From Octopus bimaculoides (taxonomy: Eukaryota), in NCBI RefSeq assembly GCF_001194135.2, contig NC_068983.1, forward strand, positions 68,676,950-68,740,949: 64,000 nucleotides of DNA, in the 5' to 3' direction. A program made the position numbers and the translations under genes. Of the stretch, positions 22,208-34,497 are shown one piece after another. Position 1 is the stretch's first letter. Each line of letters begins with the position of its first letter. The notes below the pieces were generated by a model. That model made no database searches, had not been told where the DNA came from, and saw only the letters and a list, made by a program, of their open reading frames with translations.

Positions 22208-23323
22208 TATNNNNNNNNNNNNNNNNNNNNNNNNNNNNNNNNNNNNNNNNNNNNNNNNNNNNNNNNNNNNNNNNNNNNNNNNNNNNNNNNNNNNNNNNNN
22301 NNNNNNNNNNNNNNNNNNNNNNNNNNNNNNNNNNNNNNNNNNNNNNNNNNNNNNNNNNNNNNNNNNNNNNNNNNNNNNNNNNNNNNNNNNNNNNNNNNNN
22401 NNNNNNNNNNNNNNNNNNACACACACACACACACACAACGTGCTTCTTTCAGTTTTTGTCTATCAAATCCACTCACAAGGCTTTGGTCGACCCAGGGCTC
22501 TGACATTTGACTAAGGTGCCATACATTGCAAGATCTGTGTAAACTTTCATTTCTTTAAGCTGTTCACTTTTGATGAAGAGCCTTTGTGCCTGAAATATAT
22601 AAAGGTTCACTTTACTTTCCCTTCTGCAGTGTAAGAAGCTCTCCATCTTCATTATTTGTTATTTTATTCCTGTATCACAATGCTTCAAGCAATCTGCCAC
22701 GTTCTTCGTTAAAAACTAATTTTAATTTGAAAATTGAAATTTTAGGGTCATAGAAAATGATGCATTTGAACAGTTAAGGGATTATCTCCCTTAGACTTGC
22801 TTTCGTTTCAAAACAAACCTCTTATCTCGTTTTGATGCATGTTCGCACGCGCGCGACACACACACACACAGTATACCCAGTAACAAGTACAGAGTTGATA
22901 GTCGTGATTTTAAGCCTTACTATTAAAGTCATTGTACAAGTCACAAATTCTATTTGCCTGACATTCATAAACAATTTCTCCTCTAATTTCGTATTTCAAT
23001 GGCATCCAGCAGATAATTCATCCCCCTCTCTCAAGGAAAGAAAATTATGGTAAATACTTGTGTTATATATATGTATAATATATCATTATCATCATCATCA
23101 TCATTTAGCACCCGCTTTTCCTTTCTTGCTTGGATCAGATGGAATTTGCTTAGGCAGGTTTTCTGTAGCCAGATGTCTTTCTTTTCACCAAACCATTCCT
23201 GTTTCCAAGCAAGACATGTTTTTCACAGAAGACTAGAAATGAACAACATTGCTTGTATGACAGTCATACTTTTACTAATCATCATATGATGTCAAGGTAC
23301 ATTTACATGCATATACACATCAG

Positions 23324-23355
<32 letters not shown>

Positions 23356-23442
23356 TTGTGTATAAGTTGCACTATTATACACTTGATTCTAACTCAAAAT
23401 ACTAGGGTGCAACATATATATTACTAAATATGGTACATATAT

Positions 23443-24420
23443 ATCATCATCATTTAACGTCTATTTTCCATGCTGGCATGGGTTGGATGGTTTAACTGAG
23501 GTCTAGAGAGCCTGCAGCTGCACCAAGCTCTAATCTGATCTGGCAATGTTTCTACTGCTGGATGCCCTTCCTAACGCCAACCACTCTGAGAGTGTAGTGG
23601 GTGCTTTTTACGTGCCACTGGCACTGGGGCCGGTCGGGGTGTGCTGGCATCAGCCACGTTCGGATGGTGCTTTTTACATGCGACTGGCATAGGAGCCATT
23701 CAGGCACTGGCCACAGCTACGATATTGGTTTTACTTGACTCAACAGGTCTTCTCAAGTATATCATATCGCATAACTCATCAGGGATACTCCGCGATCTCA
23801 CTTTAGTTGCTGGGTCTTCTCAATCACAGCATAACTCCAAAGGTCTTGGTCTCCTGTTATTGACTTTGTGAGGCCCAATGTTCGATGGTCATGCTTCACC
23901 ACCTCATCCCATGTCTTCCTGGATCTAACTCTTCCACACTTCCACAGGTTCCTTCCACAGTTAGGGAATGGCACTTTCTCACGCAGCTGTCCTCATTCAT
24001 ATGTAACACATGACCATAACAGCGCAGTCATCTCTCTTGCATACCACATTTGATGATTCTTATGCCCAACTTTCTCTTGCCTGCAATCTGTCGTGTATGC
24101 ACACTGACATTACACATCCAGCGGATCATACTAGCTTCATGTTTTTCAAGCCTAAGGATGTCCTCAGCAGTCATGGCCCATGTTTCACTGCCGTATAGCA
24201 TGGCTGTTCGCACACATGCATCATACAGTCTACCTTTCATCCTGAGCGAGAGGCCCTTAGTTGCCAGCAGATGTAGGAGGTCCCTAAGCTTTGCCCAGGC
24301 TATTCTTATTCTAGCCGCTACACTCTCAGAGCAGCCACACCCACTACAGACTTTGTCGCCTAGGTAGCGGAAGCTATTAACTACTTCTAGTTTCTACCCC
24401 TGGCACATGATGGAATCTGT
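23443..24420 (-). mobile_element. RTE LINE 3' fragment
   Basis: KGRLYDACVRTAMLYGSETW on the minus strand; (CAT)n tail at left. Confidence 0.88.
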
Positions 24421-24431
24421 TTTCTATATAT

Positions 24432-25394
24432 ATCATCATCATTTAACGTCCGCTTTCCATGCTAGCATAGGTTGGACGATTTGACTGAGGACTGGTNNNN
24501 NNNNNNNNNNNNNNNNNNNNNNNNNNNNNNNNNNNNNNNNNNNNNNNNNNNNNNNNNNNNNNNNNNNNNNNNNNNNNNNNNNNNNNNNNNNNNNNNNNNN
24601 NNNNNNNNNNNNNNNNNNNNNNNNNNNNNNNNNNNNNNNNNNNNNNNNNNNNNNNNNNNNNNNNNNNNNNNNNNNNNNNNNNNNNNNNNNNNNNNNNNNN
24701 NNNNNNNNNNNNNNNNNNNNNNNNNNNNNNNNNNNNNNNNNNNNNNNNNNNNNNNNNNNNNNNNNNNNNNNNNNNNNNNNNNNNNNNNNNNNNNNNNNNN
24801 NNNNNNNNNNNNNNNNNNNNNNNNNNNNNNNNNNNNNNNNNNNNNNNNNNNNNNNNNNNNNNNNNNNNNNNNNNNNNNNNNNNNNNNNNNNNNNNNNNNN
24901 NNNNNNNNNNNNNNNNNNNNNNNNNNNNNNNNNNNNNNNNNNNNNNNNNNNNNNNNNNNNNNNNNNNNNNNNNNNNNNNNNNNNNNNNNNNNNNNNNNNN
25001 NNNNNNNNNNNNNNNNNNNNNNNNNNNNNNNNNNNNNNNNNNNNNNNNNNNNNNNNNNNNNNNNNNNNNNNNNNNNNNNNNNNNNNNNNNNNNNNNNNNN
25101 NNNNNNNNNNNNNNNNNNNNNNNNNNNNNNNNNNNNNNNNNNNNNNNNNNNNNNNNNNNNNNNNNNNNNNNNNNNNNNNNNNNNNNNNNNNNNNNNNNNN
25201 NNNNNNNNNNNNNNNNNNNNNNNNNNNNNNNNNNNNNNNNNNNAGTTATCCTCATCCATTCTCACCACATGTCCATACCAGCGCAATCGTCTCTCTTGCA
25301 CACCACAACTGATGCTTCTAATGTTCAGCTTTTCTCTCAAGATACTTACACTCTGACGGGTATTCACATTGACATTACGCATCCAACGGAGCAT
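24432..25394 (-). mobile_element. Young RTE LINE 3' fragment, interior in N gap
   Basis: Tail end left of the gap. LRWMRNVNVNTRQSVSILREKL right of the gap. CpGs retained. Confidence 0.8.
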
Positions 25395-25429
25395 ATTCTT
25401 TTAGTTTATTCTTTTACATGTTTCAGTTA

Positions 25430-26075
25430 CATGTCACCAGCATCAGTCACAACTATAATTTCACTTGGCTTGACGGGTCTTCTCAAGCACAGCATATCGC
25501 CAAAGGTCCCAGTTGCTAGTCATTGCCTCTGTGAGGCTCAAAGTTCGAAGATCATGCTTCACCATCCTTTCCCATGTCCTCATGGGTCTACCTCTACTAC
25601 AGGTTCCCTCCACAGTTAGAGATTGGCACTTCTTTACACAGCTGTCCTCATCCATATGTATCACATGACCATGTCAACGCAATCGTCTCTTTTGCACACC
25701 ACATCTGATGCCTCTAATGCCTAATTTTTCTCTCAAGATGCTTACACTCTGTCGAACATGCACACTAACATTGCACATCCAGTGAAGCATACTGGCTTCA
25801 TTTCTTTCAAGCCTACGCATGTCCTCATCTGTCACAGAGCATGTTCCACTGCCATGTAGCATAGCTGTTTGCACACAGGCATCATACAATCTGCTTTTAT
25901 TCTGAGAGATAGGCCCTTTGTTGCCAGTAGAGGTAGGAGCTCTCTGAACTTTGACCATCTTAATCTTATTCTCACAGCTACACTCTCAGAGTATCCACCT
26001 CCACTACTAACTTGGTCACCTAGGTAACAAGCTATCTACTACCTCTCGCTTGCCCCCACTAGCAGTTGATGGAGT
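25430..26075 (-). mobile_element. RTE LINE fragment
   Basis: RLYDACVQTAMLHGS and CSRGRPMRTWERMVK on the minus strand. Confidence 0.85.
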
Positions 26076-26329
26076 CTATTTACTGCACATTTTATATATC
26101 ATATTTACTGCACATNNNNNNNNNNTATATCATATTTACTGCACATATATCATATTTACTTGTGTATAAGTCACATTATTATATGCTTGATTCTGACTGA
26201 AAATATTGGGATGCGACTGATATTCAAGTGTTTATAATCATCATCATTGGACAGTTTGACAGGATCTAGTGAGTGAGAGGACTGCATTGAATTCCAATGT
26301 CCTTCCTAGTACCAACTAGTTTGCAGTGT

Positions 26330-27310
26330 GTATTGGGTTCTTTATTCAAGACACTGATACTAGTGAGGTGGCCAAGTAACTTGCAAGACAGAAAAAGAAG
26401 AAGCCCTCTTGGCTGAGTAGGTTTGTAGTAGATGGGGAACTAGCTTTATGCCAGGTGTTGAGCTGCTACAATATGATAGAGGGACAGGCACAGGGGTTTT
26501 ACTATTGAAGAGATAAATGTCAACCTTGCATTGATTGGATTGAAGTAGGTGAGAGTAACTGGAAAGAAGATAACGATGTTGGTGATGAGGTATCAGTATA
26601 CTTTCAAGGTGAATATGAGAGAATATGAACTGAAGATCAGGAGGAGGGAGGAGAAATGTGAGGGGAGAGTGACAGATGATTAAAGCTGGGGGTTAGAGGT
26701 TAATGTAGTGATTGATGTGCAAGGGTGGAGTGTGATTGATGGGAAATATCAGTGTAGGGGTGAAAGTAACAGAAGTAGTTCAGGTAAGCGGAGGTGATAA
26801 GTGGCACCGCAGGTAGTTTGGAGAGCAGCAGCATAATGAAACCTGTAGATAGACTAGAAAATAGGGAGATGATGTGCTGAGTGGGAGAATGGTGAGAGAA
26901 GTGTACAAGAACAGATATGGAGGTTAGAGATACATAAGTGGTAGCTATAGTGAGTAGGGGTGTGGTAAAGATGGTGGTATTGGTCGGGGATGTTGGAAAC
27001 AGCTATGAAAGGGTGTTGAGAGTGATTGCAGATATAAGGGAGTGTTAAAAATGAGGATGAGGTGAGGAGTCACAGGAAGGAGTGATCAGTGGAAAATAAA
27101 GGATGATATTTAGAATGAGGGACGAATGTTTAAAGGAAGTGGTTCCAGGGACAGGGGGAGGTAACTGGTTGCACAAAGGGTAGGGAATATGTGCAGATTC
27201 TGCAGTCATGATTATAGCCGTAGGATAGTGACATTGTTGGAAGAGTGATGGAGGGATGGGTGTTAGGAAGAGCTTGACATGGGCAGATTGAGTGCAGGGA
27301 TAAAGTCTAG
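26330..27310. mobile_element. Purine-rich degenerate repeat, possibly a Penelope-like body
   Basis: Strongly G/A-skewed tract similar in composition to 44130-44410. No diagnostic peptide read. Confidence 0.3.
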
Positions 27311-27329
27311 TGAATGTATAGGCATAAAC

Positions 27330-27830
27330 AACGATTACAGAACCTCACTTTTTGCGGTAACGTTTTATTGAGCACAGTGAAATGCCAATCATTTCAGTTC
27401 TTTTGCCATCTCCTCCTTCAGGATCGACATCTTCAGATCAACCTTCACTACTTCATCCCATGTCTCTCAGGGTTTCTTGCCCCCACAGGTTCTATCCACT
27501 TTAAACAACCAACACTTCATTATGCAGCTGCTCTCATCCATATGCATCACATAACCACACCAGTACAGTTTTCTGTCTTGCACACTACAGCTGATTCCTC
27601 TTATGTACAATTATTCTCTTAACACGTGCACTTTGTTGTACATGCACACTGATGTTGCATTGGGGCATATTAGCTTCATTCCCCTCAAGTCTTTTGCATG
27701 CCCTCTGTATTCACGGCCTATGTTTGACTGTCATGTAGCATTGTTGTGTGTACCCAAGCATCATAGTCTGCCTTGCATTTTGAGGGTGATACCTTTTGTA
27801 AGCAACAAAGATAATAACTCCACTCTATTC
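27330..27830 (-). mobile_element. Old decayed RTE LINE fragment
   Basis: Degenerate similarity to the RT C-terminal region of the copies at 24.0-26.0 kb. Confidence 0.6.
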
Positions 27831-27858
27831 TTATTCTATCAGAATAGGATGGAGAAAG

Positions 27859-27898
<40 letters not shown>

Positions 27899-28799
27899 CA
27901 CCATTTGTGTATCATACTAAATGTATGCACACTATTAGAAGGCATGAAACTGTGGAATTGTCTGAAATAAAATCTCATCGTAGACGTGTTAAAAACACAC
28001 TATATATCAGCGTGAGATGAACATTGTTGCTGCAGTGACTCGAGAATGAGACTGTTTTGTCTTTGTTTAAGGTTTGTCAATGCTTTGCACTCAATTGTTT
28101 CCTACTTTAACAAAATATATGCTTTGATATATAAGAAGCAGTGACTATAACACTGGTATTGCAGAAGCTTGCCAGGCAGTAGTGAAACTTGTTACATGCA
28201 ATAGAAACAGTTTTCAATCAGTCACTATCTGTCTCTCATACTAAATGTATATTCACCATTAGAAGGCATAATGCTGTGGAATTGTCTGAAATAAAATCTC
28301 TTCATAGACCTGTTGTGTTACAAACACAATATATATTAAAGCAAGATGATATACATACAGTTTCTGTTTACCAGTTTCACTCACATTGGTCAGCTCAAGG
28401 CTATAATAGACAATACTTGCTCATGGTGTCTCAGAGTAGGAATGAACCCCAAATTGTATGGTTGTGAAGCAAAATTCTTAACGACATAGTCTTGATTGCA
28501 CCTCACAGCACAGAGGATGAAATAGTTCTGGCAGTCCAGCAAGTAGTAGCTGGCAGTCTAGGAGTAGCTGGTATTTCAATAGATCTGCTATAAATTATAT
28601 TAGATGGAAAAATTTTGTCTGCCATACTTAATATAACAGCTGAGAAGAAACACCTATGCTGCAATGGTGGATTGGTAGAGTTCTTGTCTCAATATGCAAA
28701 ATCTAAAGATTCAATTTGTGTTTGTCATTTATCCTGTATCATTCTCTTGGAGTTTGTTGCAAAAGTTTTACTGGACTACTTTTGAATTGGTTATTAGGA

Positions 28800-29103
28800 T
28801 TTTAGAGCGAGATCGTTGCCAGTGCCCCTGGACTGGCTCTTGTGCGGGTGGCACATAAAATACACCATTTTGAGCGTGGCCGTTGCCAGTACCGCTTGAC
28901 TGGCCTTCATGCGGGTGACACGTAAAAGCACCCACAACACTCTCTGAGTGGTTGGCGTTAGGAAGGGCATCCAGCTGTAGAAACCCTGCCAAATCAGATT
29001 GGAGCCTGGTGTTGCCATCCGGTTTCACCAGTCCTCAGTCAAATCGTCCAACCCATGCTAGCATAGAAAGCGGACATTAAACGATGATGATGATGATGAT
29101 GAT
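28800..29103 (+). mobile_element. RTE 3'-end fragment (young subfamily)
   Basis: Family 3' UTR, CpGs intact, (GAT)n tail. Confidence 0.88.
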
Positions 29104-30724
29104 TTACCCCTCAATGCTACCCCCAAACACAATTTGGTTTTAAATTATATAGGAGTACAGTGGACATGATTTTCTCTGTGAGACAATTAAAAGAAAAAAT
29201 ATATTGAACTGTATGTGCCTTAGATATTACAATAGCTTGGGTTTCAAGGGCCCATAGCTCTTCAGTATCTTCCTTAAGTAGTTGAGATCTACATGGGGTG
29301 GATGTAGATGTCTTCAAAATGGTACTAGGTCTCCCACTGTCAAGAGTCCCAGATGAACCATCTTTCACAGCAAGAAGTGTAAGTGAAGGCAGCAACATCA
29401 AACTCTGTTATTCACCAAAAGTCAACTATTAAAGGAGGATTAATGAAGGTTTGGTAACACAAATTCATGGTGTCCATCTCAAGATGAAACTAGTAAAAGA
29501 GGAAAAGGGAACATTTTCTGTCAACAGTGCATGGTTAATTTCTGCTCTATGATGACATTATATCCTACCATTTGTTTACCAGTTTCAGTCCTTGGACAAA
29601 CACTAATAAATGAATATTAGGGCTGATGTAATCAACTCTAGTATTTCTTCATCAACTTTTGAGGGTTGAAAGATTAAGATGACTTAGAAGTGATTTGAAT
29701 TCAGAACAAGGAAAGTAACCAGATATCATTAAGTGTTTTGCTCAATGCTCTACCAATTTTACCATCCATCTGTCTCAATGGACAAATTTGATAATGTATA
29801 AGGAATATTATGATGTCTAGAAAATACATACTAGAGTGGATGTAATTGTTATGGAAACCGTTGGCATTGATGTAAAATGATAAATTAACATTCAATACTG
29901 AATTTAACTCTTTTGGTTGTAGCCCTGAAAAAGAGGAGTTCAATTTGACTTATTTCATCAAGATACACTATCTGATTATAGTCTCCAGTGGGCTGTGTCT
30001 ATCCACCTAATGAGCTGAGGAACTTACTGTTTGATAATTGCAAAAGTAATCATTGTCAGGAAGATAACATTCTTTCATGTTTTTATCTTTATAAATAGAA
30101 ATTACATCCTCAACCATTCCCAAAAGAAAAATGATTTTTCTTGTGAATTATGTGAAGTTGAACCTGCACTTTAATCCATGGTAATCATATTTTTGGAGAG
30201 GCCACTAGTTTATTGAAAGCAACATAACTGCAATAAACTTAGTAGCTGTTTTTCAACAGTTTGGTGAAATAGGTGCATGTAGATTTAAGCATTTTACCTG
30301 AGAAAATAAAAATCCTTTCAGTAAAAATAAAAACATGGATATCCACTCCATTTTCACATGGTAATGTACCATTTCCAACCTATTTTTTTCTAATGCCTCT
30401 ACTACTATTGAATACTGCCTGGAGTTACGTCCCCTTAACCTTGTTAGGATATTATCCTTACGAAATGATCTAAACTGTTCTTGAGCAGGAGTATCAACCT
30501 TTTCAGAATGAGATAGAGTAAGAGTTATAACAAACGTTCCATTTTCAAGGACATTAGTGTTGTTTGTAAGCCACAGCTTACTCGCACTTTATTTTCTCCC
30601 CTATTCTACTCGCTAACCATTAGATATTTTTTATTATGCATCTCCTTAACATTCTGTGTTCAAGCTCCACCAATGTCTATTTTTTTTTTGTCGTTGAGTT
30701 GATAAAATAAATTTCAACCAAGTT

Positions 30725-31931
30725 TTGGGTCATCTCATAAATAATGCGGTTTTTTTTAAGACTTCTTTTATTTTTCAAAATTAAGATAAACAAAGTTCTT
30801 TTTTAATCTAAAATATACTCACCTTCATTTTCTACAATACTCTTCCATCTATCTGGTAGACTTGCAAGGCCCCTCTTCAAAAATTCACTTGTCCACGATG
30901 AAAAATACTCCTCTAGTACTGTTCAGACCTTGTCTACAGAATTCATATTTTTTTCTGTCCAAATTATTTTGAAGACTGCGGAATAAATGATAATCAGATG
31001 GGGCAATGTCTGGTGAATATGGTGGGTGGGGCATCGTTTCCCATTCAAACTGCTCCAGCCTTTGGAATGTCATCCTTGCTGTATGTGGCTGGGCATTATC
31101 CTGATGGAAGAACACCTTTTGTCTTGAAACCGAAGATAACGCTGTCTTAAGCCACTCAAGCTGCTTGCAGTAGATCTCCTTTGTTATTTGGTTTGGGTTT
31201 AAAAGTTCAAAGTGGACTAAATATTTCATATCCCACCAAAGAGAAAGCAATTCCTTCTTTAGCTTGGGGTGCTGGTGTTTCTCCTTTTCCAACTCACTGT
31301 CTTCAGCGCTTGACATTTTTATTGAGAACCCATTTCTTGTTACCAGTCACTATTTGGTCCAAAAAAGGTTAATTTGTGAGACGTGACAGCAAAGAAGAGC
31401 ACACATTTACTCTGCACATGATTAGACATGGTAAGTTTGTGAGGAACCCATTGACCCAATTTGCTGACTTTTCCAATGGCATGCTAGTATTGATGAATGG
31501 TTGAATGACGAATACAAGCTTCTCTGCTAGTTCCTCAACAGTTACGATGGAATTTGTTCCACCAGGATGTCCTTGTCAAGCTCTACAGATTTTCCAGGAT
31601 GAGGCTTGTCTTCTAGGCTGTAGTTTCCAACTCAGAATTTCTGGAACTACTGTTCCACTGTTGACACTGGCTTATGCTTATTGGCCAATCCCTATATACT
31701 GCATTAATATTCCTTACACTTTCTGTTGTGTTGTTGTTTTTATTGAACTCATAAAGCAAAATATGCCGAATATACTCCTTTGTCACTTCCACAGAACTTG
31801 CACTAAGAATAAGTACAAGGTAAAATTACTGCCTGCTTTTATAGTAAGTTGATGCAGGTAGTTTATCCAATCCCTCTCTGACTTTTAGTTCATGCAATTG
31901 CAAAAACTGCATTATTTATGGGATGACCCAA
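30725..31931 (-). mobile_element. Full-length decayed mariner (DD34D) transposon in EXOSC2 intron 5
   Basis: TIRs TTGGGTCATCTCATAAATAATGCGGTTTTT / AAAAACTGCATTATTTATGGGATGACCCAA with TA at the right end. Fragments EYIRHILLYEFNK, IVTGNKKWV, HQDNAQPH and YSPDIAPSDY give D34D spacing. Contains stops and frameshifts. Confidence 0.92.
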
Positions 31932-32813
31932 TAGTAAGATCAACCAAATTGATTGAGTCAGTCTCTGAAAATTTTTGTCAAATGCCAATGTTTGAAATGA
32001 TTTTTTTTCTGTCAGAAATAGTTGTTGAAGTCATCGAAGGCTTACTTGGAGAGGTAAATGTCAGTTTTCAGTCTGTTCAGTCATATCTACTACAATTTCT
32101 TACATTATAGCTGTCTCACAGAGGAAAATGTCTTTTGGCTCTATCCCCAACCAAAGAAAGGTAGCATTGCAATCATCAAAATGGACTTGGCGTGTTAGCA
32201 TCAGCTGTTTAACAAAACTCAACAAGCCAACATTGCTTGGACACTAAATGAGTTACTTGTAGAAAGTTTTTTTTTTTTTTTTTACTTTGTGTACATCTCT
32301 GACAGATCTGGCAACTACAGTTCTGTGCCAGTAGAATTTATCTTCAATGGGCAGAGTGCCCCCAGTAGCACTGCCATCATGGGATTTTTGGAAGTTGTCC
32401 ATAGTTTTGGGTTGAAACTCCTGGATCAGATCAGCCAGTTGATTCTTGTTGATGCCTAGAGTTTCCACAAGAACTTTATTGGTCTTCCTCATTATTAGTC
32501 TTTAACAACCACTGATACATTACCTGACTTGTAGGCATGACTCCACAAAGGTATTGTAGGTTATATTGACTCGAGTACTTAACTTTGGATGGATGAAAAT
32601 ACTGATTATAATACTCTTGAGACAGGCATGAATATCACAACATTCAAATGTTTGGTTGTCTGAAAATTTCAACCTTCATTTTAAGGCACATTTGTCATTG
32701 TCATTTTGTGTTAGAATGCTCATGAGATTAAACAAAAAATGGGACCACTGATCGCAAGATCTTATAAATTTAGGTTCTTACTTAGAGTTGTTGAGTTGTA
32801 CGTTTTATACAAC

Positions 32814-33198
32814 GTGGAGGCGCAATGGCCCAGTGGTTAGGGCAGCAGACTTGCGGTCATAGGATCGCGGTTTCGATTCCCAGACCGAGCGTTGTGAATG
32901 TTTATGGAGCGAAAACACCTAAAGCTCCACGAGGCTCCGGCAGGGGATGGTGGCGAACCCTGCTGTACTCTTTCACCACAACTTTCTCTCACTCTTACTT
33001 CCTGTTTCTGTTGTACCTGCAATTCAAAGGGCCAGCCTTGTCACACTGTGTCACGCTGAATATCCCCGTGAACTACGTTAAGGGTACACGTGTCTGTGGA
33101 GTGCTCAGCCACTTGCACGTTAATTTCACGAGCAGGCTGTTCCGTTGATCGGATCGACTGGAACCCTCGACGTCGTAAGCGACGGAGTGCCAACAACA
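32814..33198 (+). mobile_element. Full-length young tRNA-derived SINE (family C) with 10-bp TSD
   Basis: A box TGGCCCAGTGG, B-box-like GGTTTCGATTCC, (CAA)n end. TSD TTTATACAAC at 32804-32813 and 33199-33208. Confidence 0.92.
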
Positions 33199-33495
33199 TT
33201 TATACAACAGAATAAAAATAAATAAAACTCTCTACTTTCACTGATTACTGCTTCTAGTAGAAAGGACATCCACATATAAAAATATTTGCAACAAGTACAA
33301 TATCCTACCAATGCAAGCAAGAAAAAATGGGTGTAAAGTCGTGAAGCTATCCAAGAGAACAAAACTGGACTTGATGTTCTTAGCTAATTCTGTGCCTCCC
33401 TGTGACCAAATATGCAAGAAGTCAGTTGTGATATTTATTTTATCCACAGACACATTCCTTTTACTGAAAAATAAAAAATGATATTTATGTTTCAG

Positions 33496-33675
33496 CTGAG
33501 TCAAGGTTCATTAGTGACTGTATCCCCATCATTGGTGAAGCGCCGAAAGACTCATTTCCATAATTTACCATGTGGTGTACACATTATTCTTGGAAACAAT
33601 GGTTACATCTGGATAGCCCCAATCTCTCCGGAGGAGGATGAAGAGTCTGGTGGAGGTTATGAACAAAATCTGTCT
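33496..33675 (+). CDS. EXOSC2: EXOSC2 exon 6 (KH domain: LSQGSLVTVSPSLVKRRKTHFHNLPCGVHIILGNNGYIWIAP...EQNLS)
   Basis: Acceptor tttcAG, 180 nt, RRP4 KH GNNG motif, donor GTAAGT. Confidence 0.97.
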
Positions 33676-33699
33676 GTAAGTATCATTTTCTTTAAATGT

Positions 33700-34020
33700 T
33701 GATGATTGATGATGATGATGAATAAAGACAATGTCCATTTTCCATGCTGACATGAATTGGATACCTTGACAGGAACTGACAAGGTCAGGGCCCACATCAG
33801 TCCCATAGCCTGTTTTGGCATGGTTTCTACAAACTGGATGCCCTTCTTAATGCCAACCATTTTACAGAATGTGCTGGGTGCTTTTTATGTGACACCAGCA
33901 CCCACACCAATGCTTTTTACATGACACCTTGGTTTTAGGGTATAAAGTTTGTTGTAGTGGGTGGGTCTTCTTGAGTATAGCAATGTGCCACATATTCCGG
34001 TCCTCTGTCATCTCCTTTGT
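33700..34020 (-). mobile_element. RTE 3'-end fragment just downstream of exon 6
   Basis: Reverse family 3' end TTTTCCATGC...CTGGATGCCCTTC. Confidence 0.75.
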
Positions 34021-34497
34021 AAGGCTCAGCATATTGGATGTATGATTGTTTTGCTAACTCAATAAATAATATATTTATTATCATAATTTTAATGTTCATT
34101 ATTTCATGCTCTTGTGGGTTGGATGGAATTTGTTAAGGCTGATTTCCTACAGCTGGATGTCCTTCCTGTCACCACTTTCACCTGTTTTCAAGTAAGGTAA
34201 TATTTTTCCATGGTCAGACATGTTTTTCATGGAAGATTGGAAATTAAGGAGACCACTTGCATGACAGTAACACTCGTTTACAATTATTGCATTATGTCAT
34301 GATAAGGAGATGGTAACACACACACACACACACACAACAGGCTTCTTTCAGTTTCCACCTACCAGATTCTCTTACAAGACATTGGTTGGCCTGGAGCTCT
34401 AGTAGAAGACACTTGTCCAAGGTATCACACAGTAGCACTGAATCTGAAACCATGCAGTTGAGAAACAAACTTCTTATCACACTGCCATGCCTGCACA

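Noticed and set aside
26080-26160. Short tandem repeat TATATCATATTTACTGCACA around a 10-N gap
   Set aside because: The gap makes the copy number unreliable, and there is no sign of function.
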